Below are positions 28,797 to 39,097 of a stretch of DNA of 51,246 bases, piece after piece; positions within the stretch are counted from its first letter, which is position 1; each line of letters opens with the position of its first letter. Under the pieces are notes generated by a model. The model searched no databases, had not been told where the DNA came from, and was given only the letters and a program-made list of their open reading frames with translations. The position numbers were made by a program, and so were the translations under genes. This DNA comes from Oligoflexus sp. (lineage in GTDB: Bacteria; Bdellovibrionota_B; Oligoflexia; Oligoflexales; Oligoflexaceae), in contig JBGSTX010000273.1 in NCBI GenBank assembly GCA_041736305.1, positions 1 through 51,246 of the forward strand, in the 5' to 3' direction.

Positions 28797-29777
28797 ATGA
28801 GCATCTTTGAGCATGCAAGCGTATTACGCGCTGAGTTAGTCGACAGTCTAAACATTAAACCTGGCGACTTAGCAGTCGACTGCACAGCGGGGGGCGGCGG
28901 ACACACCGCCGAGATACTAGGGCGCATCGGACCTCAGGGGCGGGTGTTAGCTTTCGACCGTGACCACTGGGCTGTTGAAGAACTTGGTCGGCGCTTCAGT
29001 TCAGAGCTTGCACGAGGCCAGCTCGAAATTATCCAGGCACCTTTTTCCCAGCTCGAGACGGAACTAGGTCGACGTGGTCTGCTCGGTAAGGTTCATGCAC
29101 TATGTGCTGATATAGGTGTTTCATCGCCTCAACTGGATCAAGGCCAGCGGGGTTTTTCCTTTAACAAAGATGGTCCGCTAGACATGCGTATGGATCAGAA
29201 TCAGGCCCTTAGTGCGGCAACAGTCGTAAATACCTATAGCCCCAGCGATCTCTTGCGCATTTTTCGCGAGTACGGTGAGGAGCCGCAGGCACGCCCTATC
29301 GTTAGGGCTTTGCTAAAGCAGCGGGAAACCAAGCCGTTTACCAGCACCTTAGAGTTAGCCGACCTCATTTCTCGAACTATTCATTATAAAGAACGCAGTC
29401 GAAAACATCCGGCGACTAAAGTCTTCCAAGCGTTGCGGATTGAGGTGAATGGAGAACTAGAAGAATTGCAAGCCCTTCTACAGAGCTTACCTAAGGCTCT
29501 GGTGAGCTCAGGGCGCGCGGCCATCATTAGTTTTCATTCTCTTGAAGACCGTCTTGTTAAGCACAGCTTTCGCAAACTGGCGGAGGGCGAACGGGAAAAA
29601 ATCAACAGGCACCTTCCGGTCACGGCTAGCGAACTGGCTCGACTTGAAGCGAGACAGTTTAACTTGATTAAGCCTTTTCCTATCATTGCGACTGAAGAAG
29701 AACAAGCTACCAACCCCCGCAGCCGCAGCGCAAAACTTAGAGTTATAGAACGCATACCCCAGGAGGAACCTCTGTGA
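28797..29777 (+). CDS. rsmH: 16S rRNA m4C1402 methyltransferase RsmH (MraW)
   Basis: Motifs H.SVL..E, DCT.GGGGH, DIGVSSPQLD...RGFSF..DGPLDMRM, FQALRIEVN.EL, ISFHSLEDR and NPRSRSAKLR. ATG 28797 follows GAGGAGG. Confidence 0.97.
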   Translation: MSIFEHASVLRAELVDSLNIKPGDLAVDCTAGGGGHTAEILGRIGPQGRVLAFDRDHWAVEELGRRFSSELARGQLEIIQAPFSQLETELGRRGLLGKVHALCADIGVSSPQLDQGQRGFSFNKDGPLDMRMDQNQALSAATVVNTYSPSDLLRIFREYGEEPQARPIVRALLKQRETKPFTSTLELADLISRTIHYKERSRKHPATKVFQALRIEVNGELEELQALLQSLPKALVSSGRAAIISFHSLEDRLVKHSFRKLAEGEREKINRHLPVTASELARLEARQFNLIKPFPIIATEEEQATNPRSRSAKLRVIERIPQEEPL

Positions 29778-30046
29778 AATCAGTTTTCGGCCGGCTTTGG
29801 ACTAAACTGCCTCTCGTACTACTTCTATCGTTTTTTGCAGTTGCTACCTTCAAAGCGTATATCAAGATCCAAACAACGGTGATTGGTTATCGCATAGGTC
29901 AGAAAAAACAAAGCGAAGCCGAGTTACTTGAAAAACAGAGCTATTTAAAAATGGAGCTCGCGAAAGTTACCACCAAGCAGCACCTTATTGAGCTGAGTGA
30001 AAGAAACGACAACAATCCGGCGAAGCAGGTATGGGCCTCACACTAA
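29774..30046 (+). CDS. ftsL: FtsL-like cell division protein
   Basis: 90 aa with one TM then a coiled coil (IGYRI....Q....L......LKMELA), positioned between rsmH and ftsI. Confidence 0.72.
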   Translation: MKSVFGRLWTKLPLVLLLSFFAVATFKAYIKIQTTVIGYRIGQKKQSEAELLEKQSYLKMELAKVTTKQHLIELSERNDNNPAKQVWASH

Positions 30047-31854
30047 AAATGCCCCAAGTATTTCCTAAGAAGAAACGTAAGAGCAAGCCCAGCCAGGCTA
30101 GCGATGCTTTTCAAAGCCAGCGCAGTCACTGGCTGAGCCTAGGTTTTCTGACGATTTTCTCGATCGTAGCCATTCGTGCTGTGACGATCCATATTTTTTC
30201 GCCTTCAGCCGACATACTTGAGAATCTTGCGCGACGTCAATATCAGAGCAAGATAGACCTCTCGCCTTACCGGGGTAACATTTACGACAGGCGTGGCGAA
30301 CCTCTTGCCATAAGCATCAGACGCCCTTCTCTCTACGTTAATCCCCGAGTCTTCGATCCCTCGCATACGGATATTCGCCATTTGAGCCAGATCTTGGCTA
30401 TTCCTGCACCCAAGATTCGACAGATAGCCGATCGCAAAAATTACTTTGCCTGGTTAGCCCGTAAGTTGGAAGTAGCTCAGGCAAAGAAGGTCGAAGCTCT
30501 AGGTATCAAGGGTCTTTATGAGATCAGCGAACCGGCCCGTTTCTATCCAGGCGGGTCGGACCTCTCGCACCTGGTTGGCTATGTTGGTCTCGACAATCAC
30601 GGCCTGCATGGGATCGAATTGGGCTACGATAACTTTTTGCAAGGTGATGCCTTGAAGGCTCATCAAGAACGCGACGCTCGTGGAGAATCCATCTATCGCG
30701 ATTCACTTCTCGCCTTACCTGAGAAGACTGGAAAAAATATCGTTGTGACCCTAGATAGCGCTGTGCAAAATATCGCCCAGCAGGCGCTTTTGAAAGGTGT
30801 TCAGAAAGCCAACGCTAAGGCTGGCTTTGCCATCGTATCCGACCCTCATACAGGTCGCATTCTCGCAATAGCTAACGCACCTTCGGACGCATTTGACGCC
30901 CTCGGCCGCATTAAGCCTGAGAATCTTCGCAACCGGGCTCTCACTGATATGTTCGAACCAGGTTCCGTCGTGAAACCTATAGTATTGAGTCGAGCTCTTC
31001 AGGAAGGCGTAACCACACTCGATGAAGTCCACAATACCTATAACGGTACTTATCGGGAAGACAACTGGCAGATACGTGATTCCCATGGCTCCGAATCGAT
31101 GACGACCGAGGAGATCCTAATCGAGTCGAGCAACATAGGTACCTACCGTATCATGAAGCGTCTCGGGCCCGAAAAGCTTTACGGTATCCTCAAGGATTTT
31201 GGCTTTACGTCTCGTGATCATCAGATTGGTTTTCCGGGCCAGACCTTCGGCCGCCTATCGCCATGGGCGAGCTGGAAACCAATCCGCTTTGCTAACGTCG
31301 CTTTTGGTCAAGGCCTTTATGCAACGGGACTCGAATTGGTCCAAGCGTTCGGTGCGATTGCCAATGGTGGAAATCTCATGAAGCCTTATCTCATCGACCA
31401 TATCGAGTCTCCCGAAGGAGGGATGCTTGAAAACCATGCTTCAGAAATCGTTCGTCGGGTCCTGAGTCCGGCGACAGCGCAGGTGATGCGCTCCGTGTTG
31501 CGAAAAGTAGTCGAGGAAGGTACAGGTAAAAATGCCCTGCTAACTCACTACAGTAGCGCTGGCAAAACAGGGACCAGTGAAAAGGTAGATCCGGCCACGA
31601 GAGCTTATGCCGATCACCTTCGAATCGCCAGCTTCATCGGTTTTGCACCAGCCGTTGACCCTCACTTGGTAATTTATGTGGTCATCGATGAACCCGGAAA
31701 TAAACCTTATTATGGTGGGACTTGGGCAGCGCCGGTCTTCAAAGAAATAGCTGAAGAAAGCCTGAGATATCTCAACGTCGCCCCCGACAAGATCGCTGCA
31801 AAAGACGTCCTTGCTAAAAGCAGGTCTGATAATCTACAACATTCGACAGATTAA
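30031..31854 (+). CDS. ftsI: Class B penicillin-binding protein FtsI (PBP3)
   Basis: Motifs RGNIYDRRG..LA, RFYP, G..GIE, EPGSVVK (SxxK), SSN and KTGT. Confidence 0.95.
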   Translation: MGLTLKMPQVFPKKKRKSKPSQASDAFQSQRSHWLSLGFLTIFSIVAIRAVTIHIFSPSADILENLARRQYQSKIDLSPYRGNIYDRRGEPLAISIRRPSLYVNPRVFDPSHTDIRHLSQILAIPAPKIRQIADRKNYFAWLARKLEVAQAKKVEALGIKGLYEISEPARFYPGGSDLSHLVGYVGLDNHGLHGIELGYDNFLQGDALKAHQERDARGESIYRDSLLALPEKTGKNIVVTLDSAVQNIAQQALLKGVQKANAKAGFAIVSDPHTGRILAIANAPSDAFDALGRIKPENLRNRALTDMFEPGSVVKPIVLSRALQEGVTTLDEVHNTYNGTYREDNWQIRDSHGSESMTTEEILIESSNIGTYRIMKRLGPEKLYGILKDFGFTSRDHQIGFPGQTFGRLSPWASWKPIRFANVAFGQGLYATGLELVQAFGAIANGGNLMKPYLIDHIESPEGGMLENHASEIVRRVLSPATAQVMRSVLRKVVEEGTGKNALLTHYSSAGKTGTSEKVDPATRAYADHLRIASFIGFAPAVDPHLVIYVVIDEPGNKPYYGGTWAAPVFKEIAEESLRYLNVAPDKIAAKDVLAKSRSDNLQHSTD

Positions 31855-31903
31855 AATCATAGTACTTACAAAGAGCGCTAGCTCTCGATGAGAGGCGTAC
31901 ATC

Positions 31904-33280
31904 ATGTCAAGCAATGTGATCCGCGATCTGGGCTGGAAGTCTGAGCTTAAGTCGGTTCCAGCTAATCTCCCACAGCTTGTCCAAATTGATTCTCGTAAGA
32001 TCCTTGCTGGTCAATGGTTTGTGCCCTTTATCGGCGCCCATTTCGATGCCCATACCTTTATCCCCGAAGTCCTCGCCAAGGGCGCTGGTGGTTTTTTTTA
32101 CGAGCGATCGAAGCGAGAGACTATAGATTCAAATCTGCGTACCCGCGGTATAGAGGTAGAAGATACAACTAAAACTCTTCAAGATCTCGGGCGGTGGTGG
32201 CGTCTACAGCATAATGACTGCCATCTAGTGGGGATTACAGGTTCTTCCGGCAAAACCAGTGTTAAGGAACTCAGTTTTGCCATGCTCGAAGCCTTGAGCC
32301 CAACGCTTAAAACCGAAGGTAGCCTCAACAACGAGCTGGGCGTCCCTCTTACACTTTGTCGGCTTGATTCCCGGCATCGTTTTGGGATTATTGAGATGGG
32401 TGCACGGCACAAAGGAGACATTGAGTTTTTAGGCCACATCGTTCAACAAGATGTCGGTGTCCTAGTCAATGTTGGTAGCGCTCATATTGGGGAGTTTGGG
32501 AGCGCCGAAAAAATTCTCGAGGCAAAGATGGAAATTATGCGAGCTGCTCGCTGCGTTTATTTTCGTGACGATGACCGCATAGCAAAGGCCATAGCGAAGC
32601 TTTCTGGCCGGACTCTGACCAGCTTTGGGTATCACAAGGAAGCTGACGTTAGAATTGTGAGTGAAGAGCTGGACAACAACGGATCACTTAGCCTTCATCT
32701 TTCTTGCCAAGGGTCCGAAAAGAAAGTTACTCTCCCCTACTACCACCAGAGTTATTCTCTCAATGTAGCCTGTTCTCTGGCGATTGGAATCAGTCTAGGT
32801 CTCAGCCTAGCCGAATGCTTGCCAGGTTTACAGAAATTTCGTGGAGTCAAAGGTCGCTTCCAGGTCCATGATCTGGCGGGTTTTACGCTGATAGATGATG
32901 CTTATAATGCAAATCCTCAAAGCATGCGTGCAGGTATTGAAACAGTAGCGCGAGCTTATCCGACACGATCCAAAGTACTTATTCTAGGAGATATGAAAGA
33001 ACTGGGTGACATTTCTGAGCAAGAGCATCGCAGCATCGGCACCTTCTGTGCAAAGGAGCTCAAAAATCTCCGACTTGTTACCGTAGGTGCCATGGGAGAA
33101 TGGATGGCCGCTGGAGCGCTCGATGCTGGCTTTCCTTCCAAGCAACTGTCGTCGTATGCAGACGTCGAATGCCTGCTGCCTCACCTCCCGGAAATTTGCC
33201 AAGATGCACAACTGCTTTACGTCAAAGCTTCGAATAGTCTAAAGTTGTCCAAGATAATCGATACACTTCTCTCAAAATAG
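31904..33280 (+). CDS. murF: UDP-MurNAc-tripeptide:D-Ala-D-Ala ligase
   Basis: Motifs GITGSSGKTSVKE, NNELGVPLTL, EMGA, DDAYNANPQSM and LGDMKELG. Confidence 0.95.
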   Translation: MSSNVIRDLGWKSELKSVPANLPQLVQIDSRKILAGQWFVPFIGAHFDAHTFIPEVLAKGAGGFFYERSKRETIDSNLRTRGIEVEDTTKTLQDLGRWWRLQHNDCHLVGITGSSGKTSVKELSFAMLEALSPTLKTEGSLNNELGVPLTLCRLDSRHRFGIIEMGARHKGDIEFLGHIVQQDVGVLVNVGSAHIGEFGSAEKILEAKMEIMRAARCVYFRDDDRIAKAIAKLSGRTLTSFGYHKEADVRIVSEELDNNGSLSLHLSCQGSEKKVTLPYYHQSYSLNVACSLAIGISLGLSLAECLPGLQKFRGVKGRFQVHDLAGFTLIDDAYNANPQSMRAGIETVARAYPTRSKVLILGDMKELGDISEQEHRSIGTFCAKELKNLRLVTVGAMGEWMAAGALDAGFPSKQLSSYADVECLLPHLPEICQDAQLLYVKASNSLKLSKIIDTLLSK

Positions 33281-33292
33281 GGATATCGGACT

Positions 33293-34366
33293 TTGCTTTA
33301 CCATTTCTTTCACAATCTTGCTGACTCCATATCAGCCTTCAATGTCGTCCGATATATTACGTTTCGCGCGATGCTCGCTCTCATGAGCGCGCTCATCATC
33401 AGTTTGATTTTTTCACCGTGGTTTATCAATAAACTTAAAACCAGACAAATCGGTCAACAAGTGCGGAATGATGGCCCAAAATCCCACTTTTCCAAAGCGG
33501 GAACGCCTACTATGGGGGGTGGACTCATCCTCGTCGCCACTTTGGTTCCGGCCTTGCTCTGGATGGACTGGGCCAACATTCATCTCTGGCTTCTTTGCGT
33601 CATAACATTGGGTTATGGTCTGATCGGATTTACAGACGATTATCTCAAGGTCTCAAAGAAAAACACCAAGGGTCTCGCTGGTCGTAAAAAGTTGCTAGGA
33701 CAGTTTGCTCTCGCGACTTTAATTTGCACGGTGCACTTCTACTTCTATCAGAACGGCGAGCTGCATTTCCCTTTCTTCAAATCTTGGGTCATCGATCTGG
33801 GCTGGTTTTACGTTCCTTTTGCTGTCTTTGTGATCGTTGGTGCGAGCAATGCCGTCAACCTAACTGATGGTCTAGACGGATTGGCAATTGGGCCCGTAAT
33901 GACGACTGCTGCCTGCTTTGCGATTCTCGCGTATGTGGGGGGCAACGCCAAACTTGCTGATTATCTGCAGCTTCATTTTCTCCGGGACACTGGAGAACTC
34001 GCCATTTTTTCAGCTTGCCTGATTGGAGCAGGCATGGGCTTCCTCTGGTATAATACCTTTCCTGCTCAGGTTTTTATGGGAGATGTCGGCTCCTTGCCTC
34101 TCGGGGGCGCATTGGGAGCTGTCGCGGTATTTACTAAAAACGAATTTTTGCTGGTCATAGTCGGTGGCATCTTCGTTATCGAGGCACTCTCGGTTATCAC
34201 TCAGGTCGCTTCATTTAAGCTCACTGGAAAACGCATCTTTCGCATGGCGCCCATTCACCACCACTTTGAGCTTAAAGGATGGCCTGAACCACGCGTCATA
34301 GTTCGCTTTTGGATAATTTCGATCATGCTGGCCATTATCGGACTTATGAGTCTAAAACTTCGCTGA
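33293..34366 (+). CDS. mraY: Phospho-MurNAc-pentapeptide transferase
   Basis: Motifs KAGTPTMGG, GFTDDYLK, SNAVNLTDGLDGLA, VFMGDVGS and MAPIHHHFE. Confidence 0.98.
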   Translation: MLYHFFHNLADSISAFNVVRYITFRAMLALMSALIISLIFSPWFINKLKTRQIGQQVRNDGPKSHFSKAGTPTMGGGLILVATLVPALLWMDWANIHLWLLCVITLGYGLIGFTDDYLKVSKKNTKGLAGRKKLLGQFALATLICTVHFYFYQNGELHFPFFKSWVIDLGWFYVPFAVFVIVGASNAVNLTDGLDGLAIGPVMTTAACFAILAYVGGNAKLADYLQLHFLRDTGELAIFSACLIGAGMGFLWYNTFPAQVFMGDVGSLPLGGALGAVAVFTKNEFLLVIVGGIFVIEALSVITQVASFKLTGKRIFRMAPIHHHFELKGWPEPRVIVRFWIISIMLAIIGLMSLKLR

Positions 34367-34386
34367 GACCTTCAGGAGACTCATGC

Positions 34387-35736
34387 ATGGGTCGAACTTT
34401 GATTATTGGTGCTGGCCTCTCAGCTCTAGGAGCTGCCCGTTTACTCAAGAAGCTTGGCCAGCCGGTACTAGTTTCTGATATCGCTATAAAGTATTCAGAA
34501 TCTTTTGAAATGCTAAAGGCAGAAGGCATCGAAACGATCGTCGGTCCCCAGACCGAAGACCTGCTCCGAGATGTTTCTGAACTGATTGTAAGCCCTGGTC
34601 TTCCACCCCATATTCCCCTCCTGGAGGCTGCGCGTCGACTCTCTCTCCCCATTCGCAGCGAGATAGACTTGGCTCTCGATCACTTTAGAGGCCGCATCAT
34701 CGGGGTTACCGGTACAAATGGAAAATCTACTACGACGACTCTAACATCTCACCTCTTACAAGGCCTGGGGTACGATGCAGTAGCAAGTGGGAATATTGGA
34801 CTTCCGCCTAGTCAAGTTCTGGCTGACGGGCACACACCAGATCCTTTCGTTCTCGAACTCTCCTCCTATCAGCTCGACTTTTCTCAAAGCATAGCCAATC
34901 GAGCTTCAGTCTTCACATCTTTTTCTGAAGACCACTTAGAGCGCCATAAGACTTTAGAGCAATATTTTTCAGCAAAATGGAAGCTCGTGCTTGCTACGGA
35001 TGAAGACGGGCTTTGTATCATGCCGCGGGCAATTGTCGAAGCAGCCCGCTCCTATTCGAGTCCACGCCCAAAAGCTGAGTTGGTTCAAATAGTTGTCGAC
35101 GGCGAGAAGCCTCTTGCCTGGGCGCCCGGCCCGACGGTTCATCTCGATTCCAAAAAAGGCCTTGTCACTGGCGACGGCATCAAAGGCAAAAGGCAAGTTC
35201 CGCCGGGAATGAGCTTCCATAATCAATTTAATCTTTTAAGCTCTATTCTCGCCATCCAGGCCCTCCGTAAAACATCATGGGATGAATGCCTTGCACACGT
35301 GCACAGCTATCCCTGGTTGGCCTTCCGCTTTGAAAAGATAGGGAGCATTCAGGGTCAGCCCGTGTATAATGACAGCAAATCAACTAATGTCGAATCTACG
35401 CTCATGGCCTTACGCAGCGTCTCGGAGCCTGCCATCTTATTTTTGGGGGGCCAGCCTAAGGGTGAGTCCTTCGCTGCTATCACTGGCTCTGCCAAGCGGA
35501 TTCGCTGTCTGATTGGATTTGGGGCCGCTGGGGATAGAATCGGTTCCGAGCTTTCTGAACTCGAACCCATTATTTTTTCCAGCCTTCGGGAAGCTCTTGA
35601 TGCACTCCCAGATATTATCAGGGATCATAGGGCGCCCCTGGTTTTTTCACCAGCTTGCTCAAGCTTCGACGAATTCAAAAATTTTGAAGACAGAGGATCT
35701 TACTTCAGCCAGAGGCTCGGTCCTTATCTCGATTGA
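34387..35736 (+). CDS. murD: UDP-MurNAc-L-Ala:D-Glu ligase
   Basis: Motifs VSPG, GVTGTNGKSTTT, ELSSYQL, DHLERH, NDSKSTN and SPACSSFDEFKNFEDRG. ATG 34387 follows AGGAG. Confidence 0.95.
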   Translation: MGRTLIIGAGLSALGAARLLKKLGQPVLVSDIAIKYSESFEMLKAEGIETIVGPQTEDLLRDVSELIVSPGLPPHIPLLEAARRLSLPIRSEIDLALDHFRGRIIGVTGTNGKSTTTTLTSHLLQGLGYDAVASGNIGLPPSQVLADGHTPDPFVLELSSYQLDFSQSIANRASVFTSFSEDHLERHKTLEQYFSAKWKLVLATDEDGLCIMPRAIVEAARSYSSPRPKAELVQIVVDGEKPLAWAPGPTVHLDSKKGLVTGDGIKGKRQVPPGMSFHNQFNLLSSILAIQALRKTSWDECLAHVHSYPWLAFRFEKIGSIQGQPVYNDSKSTNVESTLMALRSVSEPAILFLGGQPKGESFAAITGSAKRIRCLIGFGAAGDRIGSELSELEPIIFSSLREALDALPDIIRDHRAPLVFSPACSSFDEFKNFEDRGSYFSQRLGPYLD

Positions 35737-36911
35737 AAGCCATTCATCCCCTAAGAACTCGACCACGAGGAGGATATTCCTTGGTACCCGCTTATGCACC
35801 TGGGCGTTTCTATAGAAATGCCCTGATTTTTACCGTCCTCATGCTTACTAGCGTCGGCCTGCTCGTTATCTATACCTCGTCGAGCATTCCAGCCGAAATT
35901 CGTTTTCACGACTCACTTTATTTCGTGCGGAAGCAGGCCATACTTGGGCTGGCGGGCTTTGGAATGATCGCTCTACTTCAATGGCTCCCACTGAGGGCCA
36001 TTGAAAAAATCACTCTTCCCCTCTTACTTCTCTGCATGGTTCTCCTAGTGATGACCCTGATTCCTAGTCTGCAACATAAGGCCAATGGCGCTGCGCGCTG
36101 GGTTAAGGTAGGTAGCCTAAGCTTTCAACCTGCAGAACTTGGCAAGCTTGCGCTGATCCTCTTTCTAGCTAAAAATCTTAGCCGATCGAATGCGCGAATA
36201 GATCTCAATCCTAGGGCGATCATTCCAAATCTGGGAATACTCGGAATCTTTGCTTGCCTTCTTATGCTGCAGCCAGACTTCGGGTCTGCTATTGTCTATG
36301 CCAGTATTTCGATGCTCATGCTTTTTGTAGCTGGGCTTCCTGTTCGCTATATAATTGTATCCGCAGGTTTGGGCCTAATGGGCGCTGTTGCAGCAGTCAT
36401 TCATGCTCCTTACCGCTTGGCCCGCATCACCAGCTTTCTTAATCCCTGGGACTCGATCCAAACCGGGGGATTTCAAATCGTTCAAAGTTACTTAGGCTTT
36501 CATAATGGCGGCTTTTGGGGCCTCGGCCTGGGCGAGTCCCGGCAAAAACTTTTCTTTCTACCAGAAGCACATACCGACTTTATACTTTCTGTCATCGGCG
36601 AAGAAACCGGACTTATCGGCGTTTTCCTCGTCGTCGCATGCTTCGCCTATCTAGCCTGGTTAGGTCTTAAAATCACAGGTTTACAACGCGACCCCTACCG
36701 AAAGTTTTTAGCGATGGGACTAAGCGCTTTAATTTCAATTCAAGCTATCGTAAATATGGGAGTCGCGATGGGTCTGCTCCCAACCAAAGGAATGCCGCTG
36801 CCTTTCGTCAGCTTTGGCTCCAGCTCGCTTTTGAGCTTTCTTTTTATGGTCGGGATTCTTGCAAAATTGGCGATGAGCGCGGACAAAAGCTATGCAAACG
36901 GCCATTCTTAA
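35733..36911 (+). CDS. ftsW: SEDS peptidoglycan polymerase FtsW
   Basis: Motifs GAARW, FQPAELGK, QPDFG, LPEAHTDFI.SVIGEE and PTKG.PLPFVSFG.SS. Confidence 0.96.
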   Translation: MKAIHPLRTRPRGGYSLVPAYAPGRFYRNALIFTVLMLTSVGLLVIYTSSSIPAEIRFHDSLYFVRKQAILGLAGFGMIALLQWLPLRAIEKITLPLLLLCMVLLVMTLIPSLQHKANGAARWVKVGSLSFQPAELGKLALILFLAKNLSRSNARIDLNPRAIIPNLGILGIFACLLMLQPDFGSAIVYASISMLMLFVAGLPVRYIIVSAGLGLMGAVAAVIHAPYRLARITSFLNPWDSIQTGGFQIVQSYLGFHNGGFWGLGLGESRQKLFFLPEAHTDFILSVIGEETGLIGVFLVVACFAYLAWLGLKITGLQRDPYRKFLAMGLSALISIQAIVNMGVAMGLLPTKGMPLPFVSFGSSSLLSFLFMVGILAKLAMSADKSYANGHS

Positions 36912-38292
36912 TCGTCTACATTTCATAGGCATCGGTGGAGCGGGTATGCGTCCACTGGCAGAAATAGCTCTCGCCTCTGGCTTCAGCGTTTCTGGTTCCG
37001 ACCAAAGCCCGTCTGAAAGTACAGATTTTCTTATAAGACATGGCGCTCGCATAACGATCGGCCACAGCGCCATTGCCCTGCCTACAGAAATGGCTACTGT
37101 CATTCTTTCTAGCGCAATTCGTGCTGATAATAACGAGGTTTTGGCCGCTCAAAAATTAGCCTGGCCCATCATGCATCGGTCTGACCTCCTTTTGGAACTC
37201 ATGCGAGGACGAAAAGCTATCTGTGTGAGCGGCACTCATGGCAAAACCTCGACGACAGCGATGCTCGCCTTTATGTTGCAAGCGCTGCACTTGAACCCTC
37301 GAGCTGCAATCGGCGGTGAGCTTTGTGATCTAGGGCGCTATGCCCTGCTCGGTGACGGTCCTTTCTTCGTTGCCGAATGTGATGAGTCGGATGGCTCGTT
37401 TCTTAAATACGACCCCTATATATCTATCGTTACCAACATCGATCTCGACCATTTGGACTACTATAAAGACATCGACGGGCTCAAAGAAGGCTTTCGGGCA
37501 TTTACAGCAAAAACTCGCGCGGATGGTTGGGCGATCTTCGCTTGGGACAATCCCTACGCCCGGGAGATCGCACACGCCTACTCTGGCCAGCGTCTGAGCT
37601 TTGGAACTCGCATAGGCAGCGAAGTACGTGGCTTGCGTTTTAGCAACTATGGACGTACCGGGCATTACGAAGCTGTGGTCCACCAGAAGATGATACGTGG
37701 CACAGTCCAGCTAGTTGGTAAGCATAATTTTCAAAACGTGCTCTGCTGTCTGGCAGTGGCGCAGATTCTAGAGCTGGACCTAGAAAAAGCTGCAGCAGCG
37801 CTTCGCCTTTATCCTGGCGTTCAAAGGCGTTTCTCGCTTGTCGCAGAAGTCGGACCATGCAAAATCTTCGATGACTACGCCCATAATCCTGGCAAAATTC
37901 GCTCGTGTCTCGAGGGTGCCCGTGAAGCATTCGCCAATCAGCGGATTTTGGTAATCTTCCAACCTCATCGATACTCGCGCTTGGAAACTATGTATAATGA
38001 ACTGATGGGTTCTTTTGGAGCGGCAGATGAAGTCTTTGTACTCCCCGTCTATGCTGCAGGAGAAACCAGTGTCAGGGATTTTTCTCCGAGCAGTATCGCT
38101 AGAGATATGAGCCAAACGAGTGGTACTAGGGCTTATCCCTACGAAGCCCAAGAGCTTGCAACTCGACTGGTAAACAGTGATGAGCCTACCGTTCTGATCA
38201 CAGTCGGAGCGGGTGACGTCTGGCGGCTGAGCTTGGAATGGAAGGATTTTCTTCATGAGCAAGCTTCGCAAAAAAAAGGGTCTACTCGCTAA
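36892..38292 (+). CDS. murC: UDP-MurNAc:L-Ala ligase
   Basis: Motifs HFIGIGGAGM, GTHGKTSTT, ECDESDGSF, TNIDLDHLDYY, DDYAHNP and FQPHRYSR. Confidence 0.96.
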   Translation: MQTAILNRLHFIGIGGAGMRPLAEIALASGFSVSGSDQSPSESTDFLIRHGARITIGHSAIALPTEMATVILSSAIRADNNEVLAAQKLAWPIMHRSDLLLELMRGRKAICVSGTHGKTSTTAMLAFMLQALHLNPRAAIGGELCDLGRYALLGDGPFFVAECDESDGSFLKYDPYISIVTNIDLDHLDYYKDIDGLKEGFRAFTAKTRADGWAIFAWDNPYAREIAHAYSGQRLSFGTRIGSEVRGLRFSNYGRTGHYEAVVHQKMIRGTVQLVGKHNFQNVLCCLAVAQILELDLEKAAAALRLYPGVQRRFSLVAEVGPCKIFDDYAHNPGKIRSCLEGAREAFANQRILVIFQPHRYSRLETMYNELMGSFGAADEVFVLPVYAAGETSVRDFSPSSIARDMSQTSGTRAYPYEAQELATRLVNSDEPTVLITVGAGDVWRLSLEWKDFLHEQASQKKGSTR

Positions 38293-39082
38293 TCAAAAGC
38301 CAAAGCGGCGCTCACCTTTCTTTACCAGCATCCCTAAATCTATCTTTCTGCTTATCCTAGGAGTGGTCCTCACCTTCGGAGCCTACTCCTGGCTGCAAAA
38401 AACCAAACCAATAGACTGGGCTTGGTCCCGTTCAGACGAACGTCCCCAGCTTTCTGCGGCGTCTGAGCTCAATGCTGACGATCAGGGACGGATCAGAGAC
38501 GCTTACCGCCGACTCGACAAGGCTGGCCCCAAAGAACTTAGACAGTTAGCTCAAGACCTGCATCAGAACCTTGGGCTTCGCAGCATAGATCTCATCCAAA
38601 CGAGCCCATTTCGACTTTGGATTGCCACGAAACCGTTCGTAGCAACTTTAATTGTCGAACTTGATAGACTGCGCTACGTGACAGACGACGGGATCATCTT
38701 CGGCAGGGTGCCTGAAAATGAGGTGCAAACCTTACCTGTGCTTCGCGGTTTGGACCGGAAAGCTACCCTGACGACGATGGCGAACGGCGAGCTCATTCCA
38801 AGCGCCGGCAATCAAAGAATTATCGAGGAAACCCTACTCGCCATTCGAGAGGGAAAACGCTACAATATTTTCTATAGATCCATAAACTATGACGACTTTC
38901 GAGGATTAGTAGGAGATTTGCAGGAACCTGCATATCGCGTGACGCTTGGTTTTAGGCCCTTTGAAAACAAATACCTCAAGCTGGAAAAAATCCTAATCAG
39001 CCTGAAACAACGGGGTCTCACGTCCGCTACCATAGAGCTTGACTATAAAGGCAAGGCCTTTGTTAAAGAGAGTGTACTCTAG
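38255..39082 (+). CDS. ftsQ: Divergent FtsQ/DivIB-like protein
   Basis: Basic N-terminal tail, single TM, LPVLRG, and C-terminal IELDY....FV resembling the FtsQ IDLRY strand. Located directly before ftsA. Confidence 0.6.
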   Translation: MSKLRKKKGLLANQKPKRRSPFFTSIPKSIFLLILGVVLTFGAYSWLQKTKPIDWAWSRSDERPQLSAASELNADDQGRIRDAYRRLDKAGPKELRQLAQDLHQNLGLRSIDLIQTSPFRLWIATKPFVATLIVELDRLRYVTDDGIIFGRVPENEVQTLPVLRGLDRKATLTTMANGELIPSAGNQRIIEETLLAIREGKRYNIFYRSINYDDFRGLVGDLQEPAYRVTLGFRPFENKYLKLEKILISLKQRGLTSATIELDYKGKAFVKESVL

Positions 39083-39097
39083 GAATTAGGAATTAAC